DNA from: a virus
DNA: 64,000 nt
IMG/VR virus record: IMGVR_UViG_3300032213_001070
Span: 20,215-84,214 of that record
Strand: one strand, 5' to 3'
Under the pieces are notes generated by a model. That model was not told the DNA's origin, did not search any database, and was given only the letters and a program-made list of their open reading frames with translations. A program made the position numbers and the translations under genes. This document shows positions 21,201-30,432 of the stretch, one piece after another (the first letter of the stretch is position 1; each line of letters opens with the position of its first letter).

Positions 21201-24200
21201 TTAGAGAGTTGTTTGAAAACTTAAATTACTCTTCAAACAAAAAATCATTTGTAAGAAAATATCAGGCTAACATAAGTAATGTAGATTGGTTTGAGCTTGA
21301 CCGGGGTATCAGCAAACTAAATAGACCAACAGATACGGCATTAAGCACACAAGACTCTCAGCTTATATCTGACTCAATGGATATGATTATCTCAGATATA
21401 GTTGATGATTATTACAAAGCTAGATTAAAGACAGGTAAAGTTACAAAGTCTGGTACTATTGGATTATTGCTTGATCCTGAAAAAAGACATGGTACTTATA
21501 AGATTATAGAAAAAAGATTACAGAAAAAACTTGATGAGTTTAAAACTAAATTACATTCTCAACCTGGTATAGCTCCATTTAGTGAGATAAAGAATTTAGA
21601 AGATATCCAAGAGAATGCTGTAGCTGTTTTAAAATCTGCTAAAGGTGAGGATAAATATGTATTCCTTAAGTCACAGATTGATGGTTTTGATAATCTTAAT
21701 CCTGAAATCAAAAAAGGTACAAGGATTAAAGGTGAATCTTGGCGCGGTATAAAAATAGTAGGTGACTTCTATTCACATAAATCTATTAAAAAAGATAAAA
21801 CACCTGTAAGTATTCTTGTTGTATCTAGTTTAGAAGATGCAAGACAACAGTTTGAAAATTATGTAGCAGGTGGTGCTAAAGAATATACTGACTTTGAAGA
21901 GAAAGATGTTCCTGATTACATGCTATCTGCAGAACAAGAGTTACTGTTAGATAATGTAAGAATACTACAAGCTGCATTAGATAACTATGGTGACCCAGAA
22001 TGGGAACTAAAAGGTATCCCACCTACTGGTACAATTGCATTCCACTTACAAAATTCTGACTTTGAACTTTCTAAAACTAAATATGAGTTAGATAAGAGCT
22101 TGCTAAATGAAGAAAATGAAGAAGAAGATGACCAAGAAAAAGATCAGTCACGTGATTCTGAAACTCCATTTGGTGGTGAAGCATCTAACAAAAAGTCTTT
22201 ACTGCAACTTGCATCTAAAGAAGTTATATACATACTTAAGAGTCTTAGTAAAGTTAATAGAGAGGGAGAAGTGTCTTATAACAGACTTGGGTTCAAAGAG
22301 CGCGCAGACTTTAGAAAAGTTTGGAATATAGTTACTAAAACTATTGGAGGTTTAAGAGATAGAGTTGATGCATATGATAAGTTAATGGAAGAAGCTAAGA
22401 ACTTCTCAGAGATAGCACAACTTATTGAAACTAAACTTCCGGATCCAAAAGCTATTTCAAGTATATTTGAGCAAGGTGTTAGTAATTCATTCTGGCAAAC
22501 ATTTGCAAAACCATCTGTAAAGTATTGGCAGTTTACTGTATTTCCTCAGTATGAGTCAGTAACAAATGAACTAACAGGTGAATCAGAAAATATTATTACT
22601 AGTTATGAATCTGAGGTAACTCAATCATCAATAGAAGTAGACAGTACTGTTAGAAAGTTTGAAGCTTTGTTTAAAAGCAGTCTTGCTAATGATTACATAG
22701 AAAAGAATTCTGCTAATCAATCACAGTTGAAACTAGCCAATCTAGTTAAGGGCTTTGAAGATAAATCTAATCCGGGACAACTAGATAAGAATAGATCATT
22801 TGAATTTGCAGCAGCATTAGGTATAAAGTTAGATGATTTACCAGTAATTAGAAAGAGTCTTGAGACTAAGTCTGATTATTATGGCCTACCTTATATATAT
22901 GATATTGCCAAAGATTTTTTAGCTATACAGTCTGCAGAGAAAAAGATAGGACAGCAAGAAGAGTTCTTAAATAAGTTTATTAGTAATCCTATTGGAACCC
23001 TCCGTGGGGAAATACCAAAAGGAGTATTAAAAACATTTAAGAAAGAAGTAACAGAGAAGAACATCTTAAAGAGACTAGCAGAACTGCAGTCTCAGTATGG
23101 ATATGATTCTGCTAATCCAGGAGTATTGCTTCCTGATGGAAACAGAGTATTTGAGAATGTAAATCATAGTGAGGTAACTGTAACTGTTGATGCACTTAAC
23201 AGAGTTACTAAATTAAGTGACTTATGGGAATCAGATGAATTCGGTTATATGGATCATTTAAAACCTGGTAAATCATTCTTTACTCTAAGATCAAAAGTCT
23301 TTGGGGCCCTGTTTGATATGTCTAAAAATACATCTGAAGAAAATTTATTTGATAAGAAGAGCAACAGATCCTTAGAACTTATTCAGACAGCAGGTACACA
23401 AATAGCTGATGTTGAAGGTGTTAACACATCTGACTTAGATAAAGCTGGTAAGTTTATGCAGGAGTTTCATACTTTCTTATTAAATGGTGTAGCTGAGTTT
23501 ATCCGACATGCTGAGAAAAAATCTGCATTTGGTATAAGACAAGTAGGTGGAAAACAGAAAGTGATTGTTAACGGTATTACAAATGGTGTTGATCAAAGCT
23601 TGTACATTGATATGAACAAGTTTATAAAACCAGGAGAAACACAACTAAGTCCAGGTGAGATAGTTGCTGTTGGTGGGTACTTCTTAGATTATATTGCTGT
23701 TGAGTTTGATAGAATCAGATACTTTAAACAAAACCCTAATGTTCTTGAAACTATAAAAGGTTATAACAGAGAGATCAAAGATGAACAAGGAAATGTTATT
23801 GCCCGTGCTGGTGAATTGTTTACTGTGTTTGATAACATCTTAAGAGATAAGACCAAGAAAGACTTATACAAGCTTACTTCAGATCCGGCATTAGATTTAC
23901 CTACATATGTAAGAAACAATCAAGAGTTATTCCTTAAAATACAAACAGATATTACTGATTACTTTAATGAGAAACTTGAGTCTCTTACTAAAGAGTATGT
24001 AGATAACTTAAATTTCATGGATGAGAAACTCTATGAAAAAGCAGGCATTTTAGAAAAAGATAGAAAAGGTGGATTAGCTACAGAACCGTTAGTTAAAGCA
24101 TATCTTTATAACAGCTGGATTCATAAGTTTGAGATGTTTAATATCTTTAATGGTGATGCATCTCAATTTAATCATGATAAACAAGAGGTACAGAAAAGAG

Positions 24201-27200
24201 CTCCGGGATCTACATCAGATGGTGATGCATTCTTGAATGATAAGTACATGCATAAGTTTATTAATAGTGTACTAAATAATAAAACATATGCTAAAGCTTT
24301 AGCTAAAGAACTTGGCAGAGATGACCTAGATAAATTTGTTTCTAATGGTAAGTTAAACACTGGAGTAATTGCGGATGCTGAAAGAAAATCTGTATATCTA
24401 GATGAAATGCTTGGAGCATGGGAGGAAAAATACCGTAAGGATTTAACTCCTATAATCAAAAATAAAACAGAATTAGAAAAAGCAATTAGTAAAAAGCTAG
24501 CTAAAGATGCTAAGGCTTATAAAGAAATGAAAGAGTCTGATGGTGCTGCATTTGTTACATTTGATGCATACCGTATTCTTAAGATTCAAGGTAACAGCTG
24601 GGCTCCTGCACAAGAGGAGTTATACCAAAAGATTATTGCTGGTGAAGAAGTAGACCCTTTAAAAGTAAAAGAGTTCTTCTCTATATATAAATTACACTAC
24701 TATGGGGCAATTGCAAATTCTCCCATAGCAGCAACAGCAATGCATAAGTTTGCGGTAGCTCCTATAATACCTAGCTTAGCAACTAAAGGAACACAGCTCT
24801 ATAATTTACATGTTAAAATGTTAGAAAACAATTTACAGTATGTAACATTTGGTTCTGGTTCTAAAGTATCTACTCTTACTACTACTGGTAGCTTTGATAA
24901 CATATTTGCTGATGCCAATCAAAAAGCGGTATCAATGGATGCTCCTATTAAAACTAATCAAATACACATTGAGTATCTTAAAGATGTGACTAAAGTAGCT
25001 ACTAAACTTAAGAAAGAAATTAGCTACCCAACACAAAAAAGGGTATTGTTGTTAGATGGTTTATTTAATGTAGGTGAAGCAATCAATAAAACAAGTGGAG
25101 AAATAGCTTCTAATTATAAAGCAGCAGTAGATAACTACACTGAAGTATTAACTCTTGACTTATTAAATAAAATAGGTTATGAGTTTGATAAAAATACAGG
25201 AAGCTATGTTGGTAAACTTGATAAGTTTATTGAACTTATTAGAGATGAATTAGGAGCCAAAGAAGTTCCTGATCATTTAATTAAACTACTAGACACAACA
25301 TTAGCAGGTAATCTGACAATGGATTTTTCTATTCACCCAGAGGCTGATACACTGGAAAAGGTTATTGTTAACCGTATTCAGAAGAGTGTGATTACTCAGA
25401 AGACTAAAGGTGAATCAATGGTTCAGGCACCATCTACATTCTATAATGGAGTATGGGATACTGCATTTGAAAGAGATGAAGCTATCAAAAAGAATGATGA
25501 GTTAATTAAAAAATTCTTAGGTTCAAATGTTTTACCTTTCTATAGAACAGGGTTTGATGAAAAGGGTAACAGAATAGCTACTCAAGCTATGAAGGTTGCT
25601 ATTCCATTCAATGGTGACTTTTTAAATTTATTAAATTTAAAGCACCCGGATGGAGAACCAATTGGAAACAGAGACCGCCTAAATGATTTAATTAAGAATG
25701 ATGCTTGGTTAAATGAAAACAAAGACTTAATTACTATTGCTGGTCCAAGGATCCCGACTGATGCTGCCAACACAATGGAATTTGCTGAAGTATGGCACTT
25801 TATTGACCCTGCTCAAGGTAATACAGTAATTGTACCAACAGAGATAGTTGCAAAAGCTGGATCTGACTTTGACGTTGATAAGATATATTTCATGATGCCT
25901 AATATCAATTCAAAAGGAGAATTAGTAAAGGCACCTGCTGAAAGTATGGAAGATCTTAAAGCTTTGGTAGATAAATCTAATAAAGCAAGTAAGAAAGAAA
26001 GAAAAGAAAAAGGATTGATGAATCCTCAAGCTTTAATAGATCAGTATAAGAAAGCAGCTCAAAATAAACTTATTGAAAGTACAAAGGCAATCCTTTCATT
26101 ACCAGACAATTATGCTAGCTTAACTAAACCAAATAATACATACTTGGTAGAAGATGAGGTAGAGTTCTATGACACATATGCTAGAGGTTATAACAATAAG
26201 TTAAATGCCCATCAAGAAGGTGTAAGAATGAATGGTAAAGATGAAGTTATGAGCCCATCAAGAATATTTGATGAGGACTATAACTTAAGTGTCCATGAGT
26301 CTAACTTATCGGGAAGCTTACCATTAGGTATAATGGCTAAGAAAAATAAAGTACATAGTTTGTTTAAGAGTATAGGTGCTCTTATGCCTAAGTCATACAG
26401 AGCTACTGTATGGAATGATGAAACAAAAAGATATGATGAGTTAGAGGCAGAGTATGATGTTGTTATCAATATGAAGCATAACAAAACTAGAAATGCTAAA
26501 GGACAAGAAGTAGTTTCTCTATCTAATGAAAACAATGTAGATGGTGAAAAAATTGGTGATATATTCTCACATGGTCTTCAGGGATTACTTGACCGAGCTA
26601 AGAATCCTTTTCCATTTAAATTGCAGATTGTAAAAGAAGCATTATCTACTATCAACCATCTTATTGAAGCTGGTGTAAGTGTACCAGAAACATTTGCATT
26701 TGTTAATAACCCATGGATTGTTAAGTATATTGAATACCAAATGCGTTTTGGTGGTTCAACATCTAAGTTCATGTCTATACCAATTCTTAAACATCAGGTT
26801 AAGGCTGCAGCAATGAAGCAAACTATTGATGATATGATTTCAGCCGGTGGTACTAGTATGAAAAAGTTTATAAGTGAGCTAGTTAATATTGCAAATCAAA
26901 AAAGATTAGCTGACACAGTTACAATGCTAAAAAAACAAGAGAAGTCAAAGAAATATAATTACATGCTAGAAGGTATTGATGTACCATTTACAGCAACTGT
27001 AGAAGATATGGTTTTCAAAAAAGGCTTCCAGTTAAATAAGATTGCGCTTTTAAAAGAAGTTGATCCTACTAAAGGGTTTGATAAACAGAAGGTAGTATTC
27101 AGTAAATCAAAAAGTATAACAAACAATGATAACTTTTACTATGCTGCACAGGCTGCATGGCAAAAAACTTTTGGAAATACTTATGCTAATGAATCAGAAT

Positions 27201-29506
27201 TAAAATCTCTTGTAAGAGGTGGATTGTCTCCAACACCACAGAACCTAGCTATCTTGTTACATATGTTGCAATTAGAAAAGCAATTCAAAGGAATGGATGA
27301 GCTAGAAATGGCATTTAGTCCGGATACTGGATTACTTGATACTACATTACAAGTTAAAAAAAGAGATCAAGCTTTGAAATTATTCTCAGAAGGTTCTAAG
27401 ATTGATAAAGATTTCTTAAATAGATTAAGATATGATTCCATTCTATCATCATTCTACAAGAGTGATATGATAATGGATTTAGTAACACCATTATTCTCAT
27501 TAAGATTGAATGACCAAATATCAAACTTTATTGAGAAGAAGATTAATCTAAACAAAGATATCATAGCTCAAAAGTATGGCCCAGGAATTAAAGGTCAAGA
27601 GAGATTTATTAACATGTACAATAATGCAGTAGTAAATTACATCTTCCAAAACACTATGTCTAATTATCCTGATGAGTCTGGACAACCAGTTCTTATTCCA
27701 GATACAATACATACCTTTCCTGTTACTCAAGTAGAAAAAGGTCCTGCGGTTATATTAAATGAAAAAGGCTTTAGAGTAAATTTTAAAAAAGCTCAGGAAG
27801 ATTATAAAAACAAAATCTTCTTAACTACTAACAATACAGATGAGAGCTATGCTAAAACTGGTCAGGATGCATTTACTCCACGGGAGAATCCTTTCCCAAC
27901 ATTCTCAAGCTACTTAAAGTTCATTACAGAAAAAGAATATTTAAGCAGTATATACCCTGATCAGACTGATGTCTTTTTAACTCAGACAGCACTTATGAAT
28001 AACTTTAACCGTGCTTTTATTATGGGTACAACAAAGTATTCATATACTAATATGGTTATGGATATCATTAGTGAGTTTGAAGATCAAAACATAAAAGAAA
28101 ACTATCCGGTATTAGCTCAGCTAGCACCAGCTAAGTTTGTTAAAGATGTAAATGTTATTGAGTTAAATGATAAGGCAACAGCCAAAGGAGTTATTGCAGA
28201 AGATTATTATAAGAATCTAAAACAATTAGCGGATCCAACAGTAAGAAAAGTTACCTATACAGATAAGACTAAACAAAAACAAGATAACCAAAGAATAACT
28301 GATGTATTCAAGGACTTCTCACTGCTTATGTTTTATCAACATGGTACAGGATATTCTAGATTAGGTTTTGGAAAAGTATTAGATCCAGAATCTTTTGTAA
28401 AAAAAATGCAGTATGCTTCTAATGCTTTCTTGAATAACAATCTATCAGAAGAAACATTTGAAAGAATCTATAACAGATTCATTACTAAGTCACAGTTTAA
28501 AGATTATACTATTGACCCAAGTAATCCAGATGCTTTTGAATCTTCAGAAGATATACTAAGTGAATTCTCTGAAGAAGACTTGATAGAAATGGGATTACTA
28601 CAACCAGGACAAAAACCTACTCAACCATCTACTAGTATTAAACCTTCTGATTTTACTAATCATTCTGGTGGTGCATATGGAGGGGATACTTTCTGGGATA
28701 TTATTGGTAGAGAATTTGGAGTTACTAATCATAAACACTATAAAGATGCGGGTAATCCTAATTTATCTCAAAAATTAAGAAATGCAGGTGTTAAAGCTAC
28801 AATTCTTACTAAAGAACAGATGGATACTGCAAGAATTGAGGTGGAAAAATTACTTGGAGAAAAATATCCTGATACTTTACAAGGAAACTTACAAGTAAGA
28901 AATTATTATCAAGTAGCTAATGCAGATGCTGTATTTGCTGTTGCTGAAATAGATTCTGGTACAAAGCCTGGAGTTTTTGGTGGAACAAATACTGCTGTTC
29001 AATTAGGTATAAAACTAGGTAAACCTGTATATGTATTTGATTTAGATACCAAGAAATGGTATACACAAGATACAGAGTATCTTGAAACTGGTTATGATAA
29101 AACTAAACATGAATGGAATTACAATGGTTGGATAGAAATACCTACACCTACTCTTACTAAAAACTTTGCTGGTGTAGGATCAAGAGATATTGAATCTTAT
29201 AATGTACAAAAGGATGGTAAATGGGTGCCAAGAGATAAATACAAAGGTAAAGAAACTGAAGAAGCTGCTAAACAAGCTATTAGAGATGTATATACTAATA
29301 CATTTGCAACTCCTACCACTCAACCTACAGCTATTCAGACTGCTGCAGCAACACCGTTAGATAAAATAAATGAATTTTATAACAGTCTTACTCAGGAACA
29401 AAAAGATAAATTAGGTAACTTAGATGACTTGATTGCTGAGTATAATGATGTTCCGTTTGACTATCCGGTAGAAGATTATATTGAAAGTATTAAATGTAAG
29501 TTATAA
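18293..29506 (+). CDS. Virion-packaged two-barrel RNA polymerase, 3737 aa, with zincin-like and C-terminal SLOG-like domains
   Basis: RIPT...AGSDFDVDK (DFDVD at 25865-25879) matches the crAss-like RNAP catalytic loop; HEAFH at 20894-20908 with a downstream E(LLAE); HSGGAYGGD...GGT...FAGVGSR near the C-terminus. Confidence 0.85.
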   Translation: MITCPITRQPLEDFYKYVYRAINDKLKDNKTFDVNQFMEDLFKKSSEKSDPETAAKWLQSTPRVINLIVTKSFSDKIPLVKGLDGIYGLMTDFSKPDGEGLKNVLAKYVKKQDVKDLKPVIAHQLSLEFSTEEDEPEGEDIPKNSPSVTARLKSTIPFSGTLPSFTPVDPKQKSDTYIEKLDKPRAQILTNLTRLANAFNSTDPFSDFVYQNKKIRIKAVNLYAFSQQNFNDLDPTTQEEIRLSGVMVAIGNAQANVTQADKRVLLVVTDDSGQNLYFDEEGNITNKGNGKLLYQFMRDVRNTAKGYVVTDIYGNEEQLMPISEYVAKNYNSEIDGDLNTFTEKVKDQREKELKRLFELREKALGSEVMLEFEGLTEGVSSEVTATRLPLSDFLKIPGSTKANLKTIRTLKKAEGKFFKGYAVINLNGTEFQVRRSSMPDSVADQIAAVMFDPNIPFETKKDFYSQFIPEDSDTKLAYTMRKHEIIPDMEKKSFRIKLYDQVGEKEGFMTKPTHDFKISEASLKKASEESLANGRKLLSDIFKTGRSNGKATYMSYKSDLLNSEDYLVYDTQTKQIDVANYINFLSGLDGYVMLVDGDPGFYNKTLLFNEPTELSKDLKEQPEEEEDWFDQQIREAREFAEKQKALENASKTPVEIEFDFIIDRALSPEYKAQLEQQGVKAKSNNYYYAASLIQSINTDRRYSREVAEQLRDMLSGYIGALSDAQIKTINSAINAAFPQLSTPVQNAVDIIQKTIEPEMPDPTTGIIEPGSNLTQDEQDTLDEFGLFRAGYIADEIGAKDLKNVLNWWNKTKIGKELQKHIKLEHAYNLANSDVFAKFVVSGATLTNPDIKAQIQINPNKGTLVDIYHEAFHAFTQLYLTRQEKYNLYDEVKNYTDANGKEPYKNFSYKDIDELLAEDFRTYMKTNYIKKGSPVRNRLFRKILNFIRALFGKKPINPTEVVTETMNVPAVRELFENLNYSSNKKSFVRKYQANISNVDWFELDRGISKLNRPTDTALSTQDSQLISDSMDMIISDIVDDYYKARLKTGKVTKSGTIGLLLDPEKRHGTYKIIEKRLQKKLDEFKTKLHSQPGIAPFSEIKNLEDIQENAVAVLKSAKGEDKYVFLKSQIDGFDNLNPEIKKGTRIKGESWRGIKIVGDFYSHKSIKKDKTPVSILVVSSLEDARQQFENYVAGGAKEYTDFEEKDVPDYMLSAEQELLLDNVRILQAALDNYGDPEWELKGIPPTGTIAFHLQNSDFELSKTKYELDKSLLNEENEEEDDQEKDQSRDSETPFGGEASNKKSLLQLASKEVIYILKSLSKVNREGEVSYNRLGFKERADFRKVWNIVTKTIGGLRDRVDAYDKLMEEAKNFSEIAQLIETKLPDPKAISSIFEQGVSNSFWQTFAKPSVKYWQFTVFPQYESVTNELTGESENIITSYESEVTQSSIEVDSTVRKFEALFKSSLANDYIEKNSANQSQLKLANLVKGFEDKSNPGQLDKNRSFEFAAALGIKLDDLPVIRKSLETKSDYYGLPYIYDIAKDFLAIQSAEKKIGQQEEFLNKFISNPIGTLRGEIPKGVLKTFKKEVTEKNILKRLAELQSQYGYDSANPGVLLPDGNRVFENVNHSEVTVTVDALNRVTKLSDLWESDEFGYMDHLKPGKSFFTLRSKVFGALFDMSKNTSEENLFDKKSNRSLELIQTAGTQIADVEGVNTSDLDKAGKFMQEFHTFLLNGVAEFIRHAEKKSAFGIRQVGGKQKVIVNGITNGVDQSLYIDMNKFIKPGETQLSPGEIVAVGGYFLDYIAVEFDRIRYFKQNPNVLETIKGYNREIKDEQGNVIARAGELFTVFDNILRDKTKKDLYKLTSDPALDLPTYVRNNQELFLKIQTDITDYFNEKLESLTKEYVDNLNFMDEKLYEKAGILEKDRKGGLATEPLVKAYLYNSWIHKFEMFNIFNGDASQFNHDKQEVQKRAPGSTSDGDAFLNDKYMHKFINSVLNNKTYAKALAKELGRDDLDKFVSNGKLNTGVIADAERKSVYLDEMLGAWEEKYRKDLTPIIKNKTELEKAISKKLAKDAKAYKEMKESDGAAFVTFDAYRILKIQGNSWAPAQEELYQKIIAGEEVDPLKVKEFFSIYKLHYYGAIANSPIAATAMHKFAVAPIIPSLATKGTQLYNLHVKMLENNLQYVTFGSGSKVSTLTTTGSFDNIFADANQKAVSMDAPIKTNQIHIEYLKDVTKVATKLKKEISYPTQKRVLLLDGLFNVGEAINKTSGEIASNYKAAVDNYTEVLTLDLLNKIGYEFDKNTGSYVGKLDKFIELIRDELGAKEVPDHLIKLLDTTLAGNLTMDFSIHPEADTLEKVIVNRIQKSVITQKTKGESMVQAPSTFYNGVWDTAFERDEAIKKNDELIKKFLGSNVLPFYRTGFDEKGNRIATQAMKVAIPFNGDFLNLLNLKHPDGEPIGNRDRLNDLIKNDAWLNENKDLITIAGPRIPTDAANTMEFAEVWHFIDPAQGNTVIVPTEIVAKAGSDFDVDKIYFMMPNINSKGELVKAPAESMEDLKALVDKSNKASKKERKEKGLMNPQALIDQYKKAAQNKLIESTKAILSLPDNYASLTKPNNTYLVEDEVEFYDTYARGYNNKLNAHQEGVRMNGKDEVMSPSRIFDEDYNLSVHESNLSGSLPLGIMAKKNKVHSLFKSIGALMPKSYRATVWNDETKRYDELEAEYDVVINMKHNKTRNAKGQEVVSLSNENNVDGEKIGDIFSHGLQGLLDRAKNPFPFKLQIVKEALSTINHLIEAGVSVPETFAFVNNPWIVKYIEYQMRFGGSTSKFMSIPILKHQVKAAAMKQTIDDMISAGGTSMKKFISELVNIANQKRLADTVTMLKKQEKSKKYNYMLEGIDVPFTATVEDMVFKKGFQLNKIALLKEVDPTKGFDKQKVVFSKSKSITNNDNFYYAAQAAWQKTFGNTYANESELKSLVRGGLSPTPQNLAILLHMLQLEKQFKGMDELEMAFSPDTGLLDTTLQVKKRDQALKLFSEGSKIDKDFLNRLRYDSILSSFYKSDMIMDLVTPLFSLRLNDQISNFIEKKINLNKDIIAQKYGPGIKGQERFINMYNNAVVNYIFQNTMSNYPDESGQPVLIPDTIHTFPVTQVEKGPAVILNEKGFRVNFKKAQEDYKNKIFLTTNNTDESYAKTGQDAFTPRENPFPTFSSYLKFITEKEYLSSIYPDQTDVFLTQTALMNNFNRAFIMGTTKYSYTNMVMDIISEFEDQNIKENYPVLAQLAPAKFVKDVNVIELNDKATAKGVIAEDYYKNLKQLADPTVRKVTYTDKTKQKQDNQRITDVFKDFSLLMFYQHGTGYSRLGFGKVLDPESFVKKMQYASNAFLNNNLSEETFERIYNRFITKSQFKDYTIDPSNPDAFESSEDILSEFSEEDLIEMGLLQPGQKPTQPSTSIKPSDFTNHSGGAYGGDTFWDIIGREFGVTNHKHYKDAGNPNLSQKLRNAGVKATILTKEQMDTARIEVEKLLGEKYPDTLQGNLQVRNYYQVANADAVFAVAEIDSGTKPGVFGGTNTAVQLGIKLGKPVYVFDLDTKKWYTQDTEYLETGYDKTKHEWNYNGWIEIPTPTLTKNFAGVGSRDIESYNVQKDGKWVPRDKYKGKETEEAAKQAIRDVYTNTFATPTTQPTAIQTAAATPLDKINEFYNSLTQEQKDKLGNLDDLIAEYNDVPFDYPVEDYIESIKCKL

Positions 29507-30432
29507 TGAGTTGTATTAATAAGGCAGATAAAGCATATAAAGCTCTCCAAAATGTTTATGGAGATGCACTGGCAGAAGCTTTTGTACGGGCTCATCCTTT
29601 TAATAAAGGTAAGTCTGAAGATATAAACTTTGATATACCTAGTAAAAAGGAAGTTAAAGATTGGCTTACTGAACAAAAACAAAACATACCAAAGAATATT
29701 AAGAGAGCCTTAGAACTTAACCCATATCTTTCTGAGACTGCACTTAAAAGCATGCTTAAAGGTGTTGTTAGTACATTTAAAGACAGAATGTTTATAACTA
29801 CAGGTTGGTTGTTTTCCGGATCCAGTGCATTAGGTCAAGAGGTATTTGAAACTATCTATAAGCCTAACATGGCTGTTATGAATAATCTAGCAGACAACTA
29901 CCCGGATATCTTCAGATTAATCCCTACTAAGAATGCATATACAACTATGGTTGAAATAACACCAAGAGTTAAAGCAGAAGAAGAGGCAGAAGAAGGTGAG
30001 GTTCTAGAAGATGATGAACTTAAAACAGATGAGCCTGCAATAGTTGAAAGCATAAGAACATACAGGTCAATTGTAGATAATAACAATGGCCGTAAACCTA
30101 TAGAGTTTATGGCTGGTGACTTAAAGTGGCAGTTAAACAATAAAGGTTTATACAATCTTGTAGATAAGTTTACTAATGCTGTATATGTTAGAAATATAAA
30201 TTTAGAAACTGGTGAAATGATTCCTGAAGTATTACCAGAGACCCCGGTAGATGAAGCAAAAAGAGATAGAATCTTTAGATCAGTTATGCAAATGATTAAA
30301 GAACAAAAACTAGATGAGTATCTTGCTGTAAAAGGTATTGACACTGCAGATATATATGAAGCTTTAAGAGATGCTGAAACTGATAATGATTTGAATAAAG
30401 TTATAGAAACAATATTAAAAGCAGTATGTTAA
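29506..30432 (+). CDS. Virion cargo cluster protein, 308 aa, with Cys only at residues 3 and 308
   Basis: Overlaps both neighbours (TAATG, ATGTTAA). Confidence 0.65.
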   Translation: MSCINKADKAYKALQNVYGDALAEAFVRAHPFNKGKSEDINFDIPSKKEVKDWLTEQKQNIPKNIKRALELNPYLSETALKSMLKGVVSTFKDRMFITTGWLFSGSSALGQEVFETIYKPNMAVMNNLADNYPDIFRLIPTKNAYTTMVEITPRVKAEEEAEEGEVLEDDELKTDEPAIVESIRTYRSIVDNNNGRKPIEFMAGDLKWQLNNKGLYNLVDKFTNAVYVRNINLETGEMIPEVLPETPVDEAKRDRIFRSVMQMIKEQKLDEYLAVKGIDTADIYEALRDAETDNDLNKVIETILKAVC

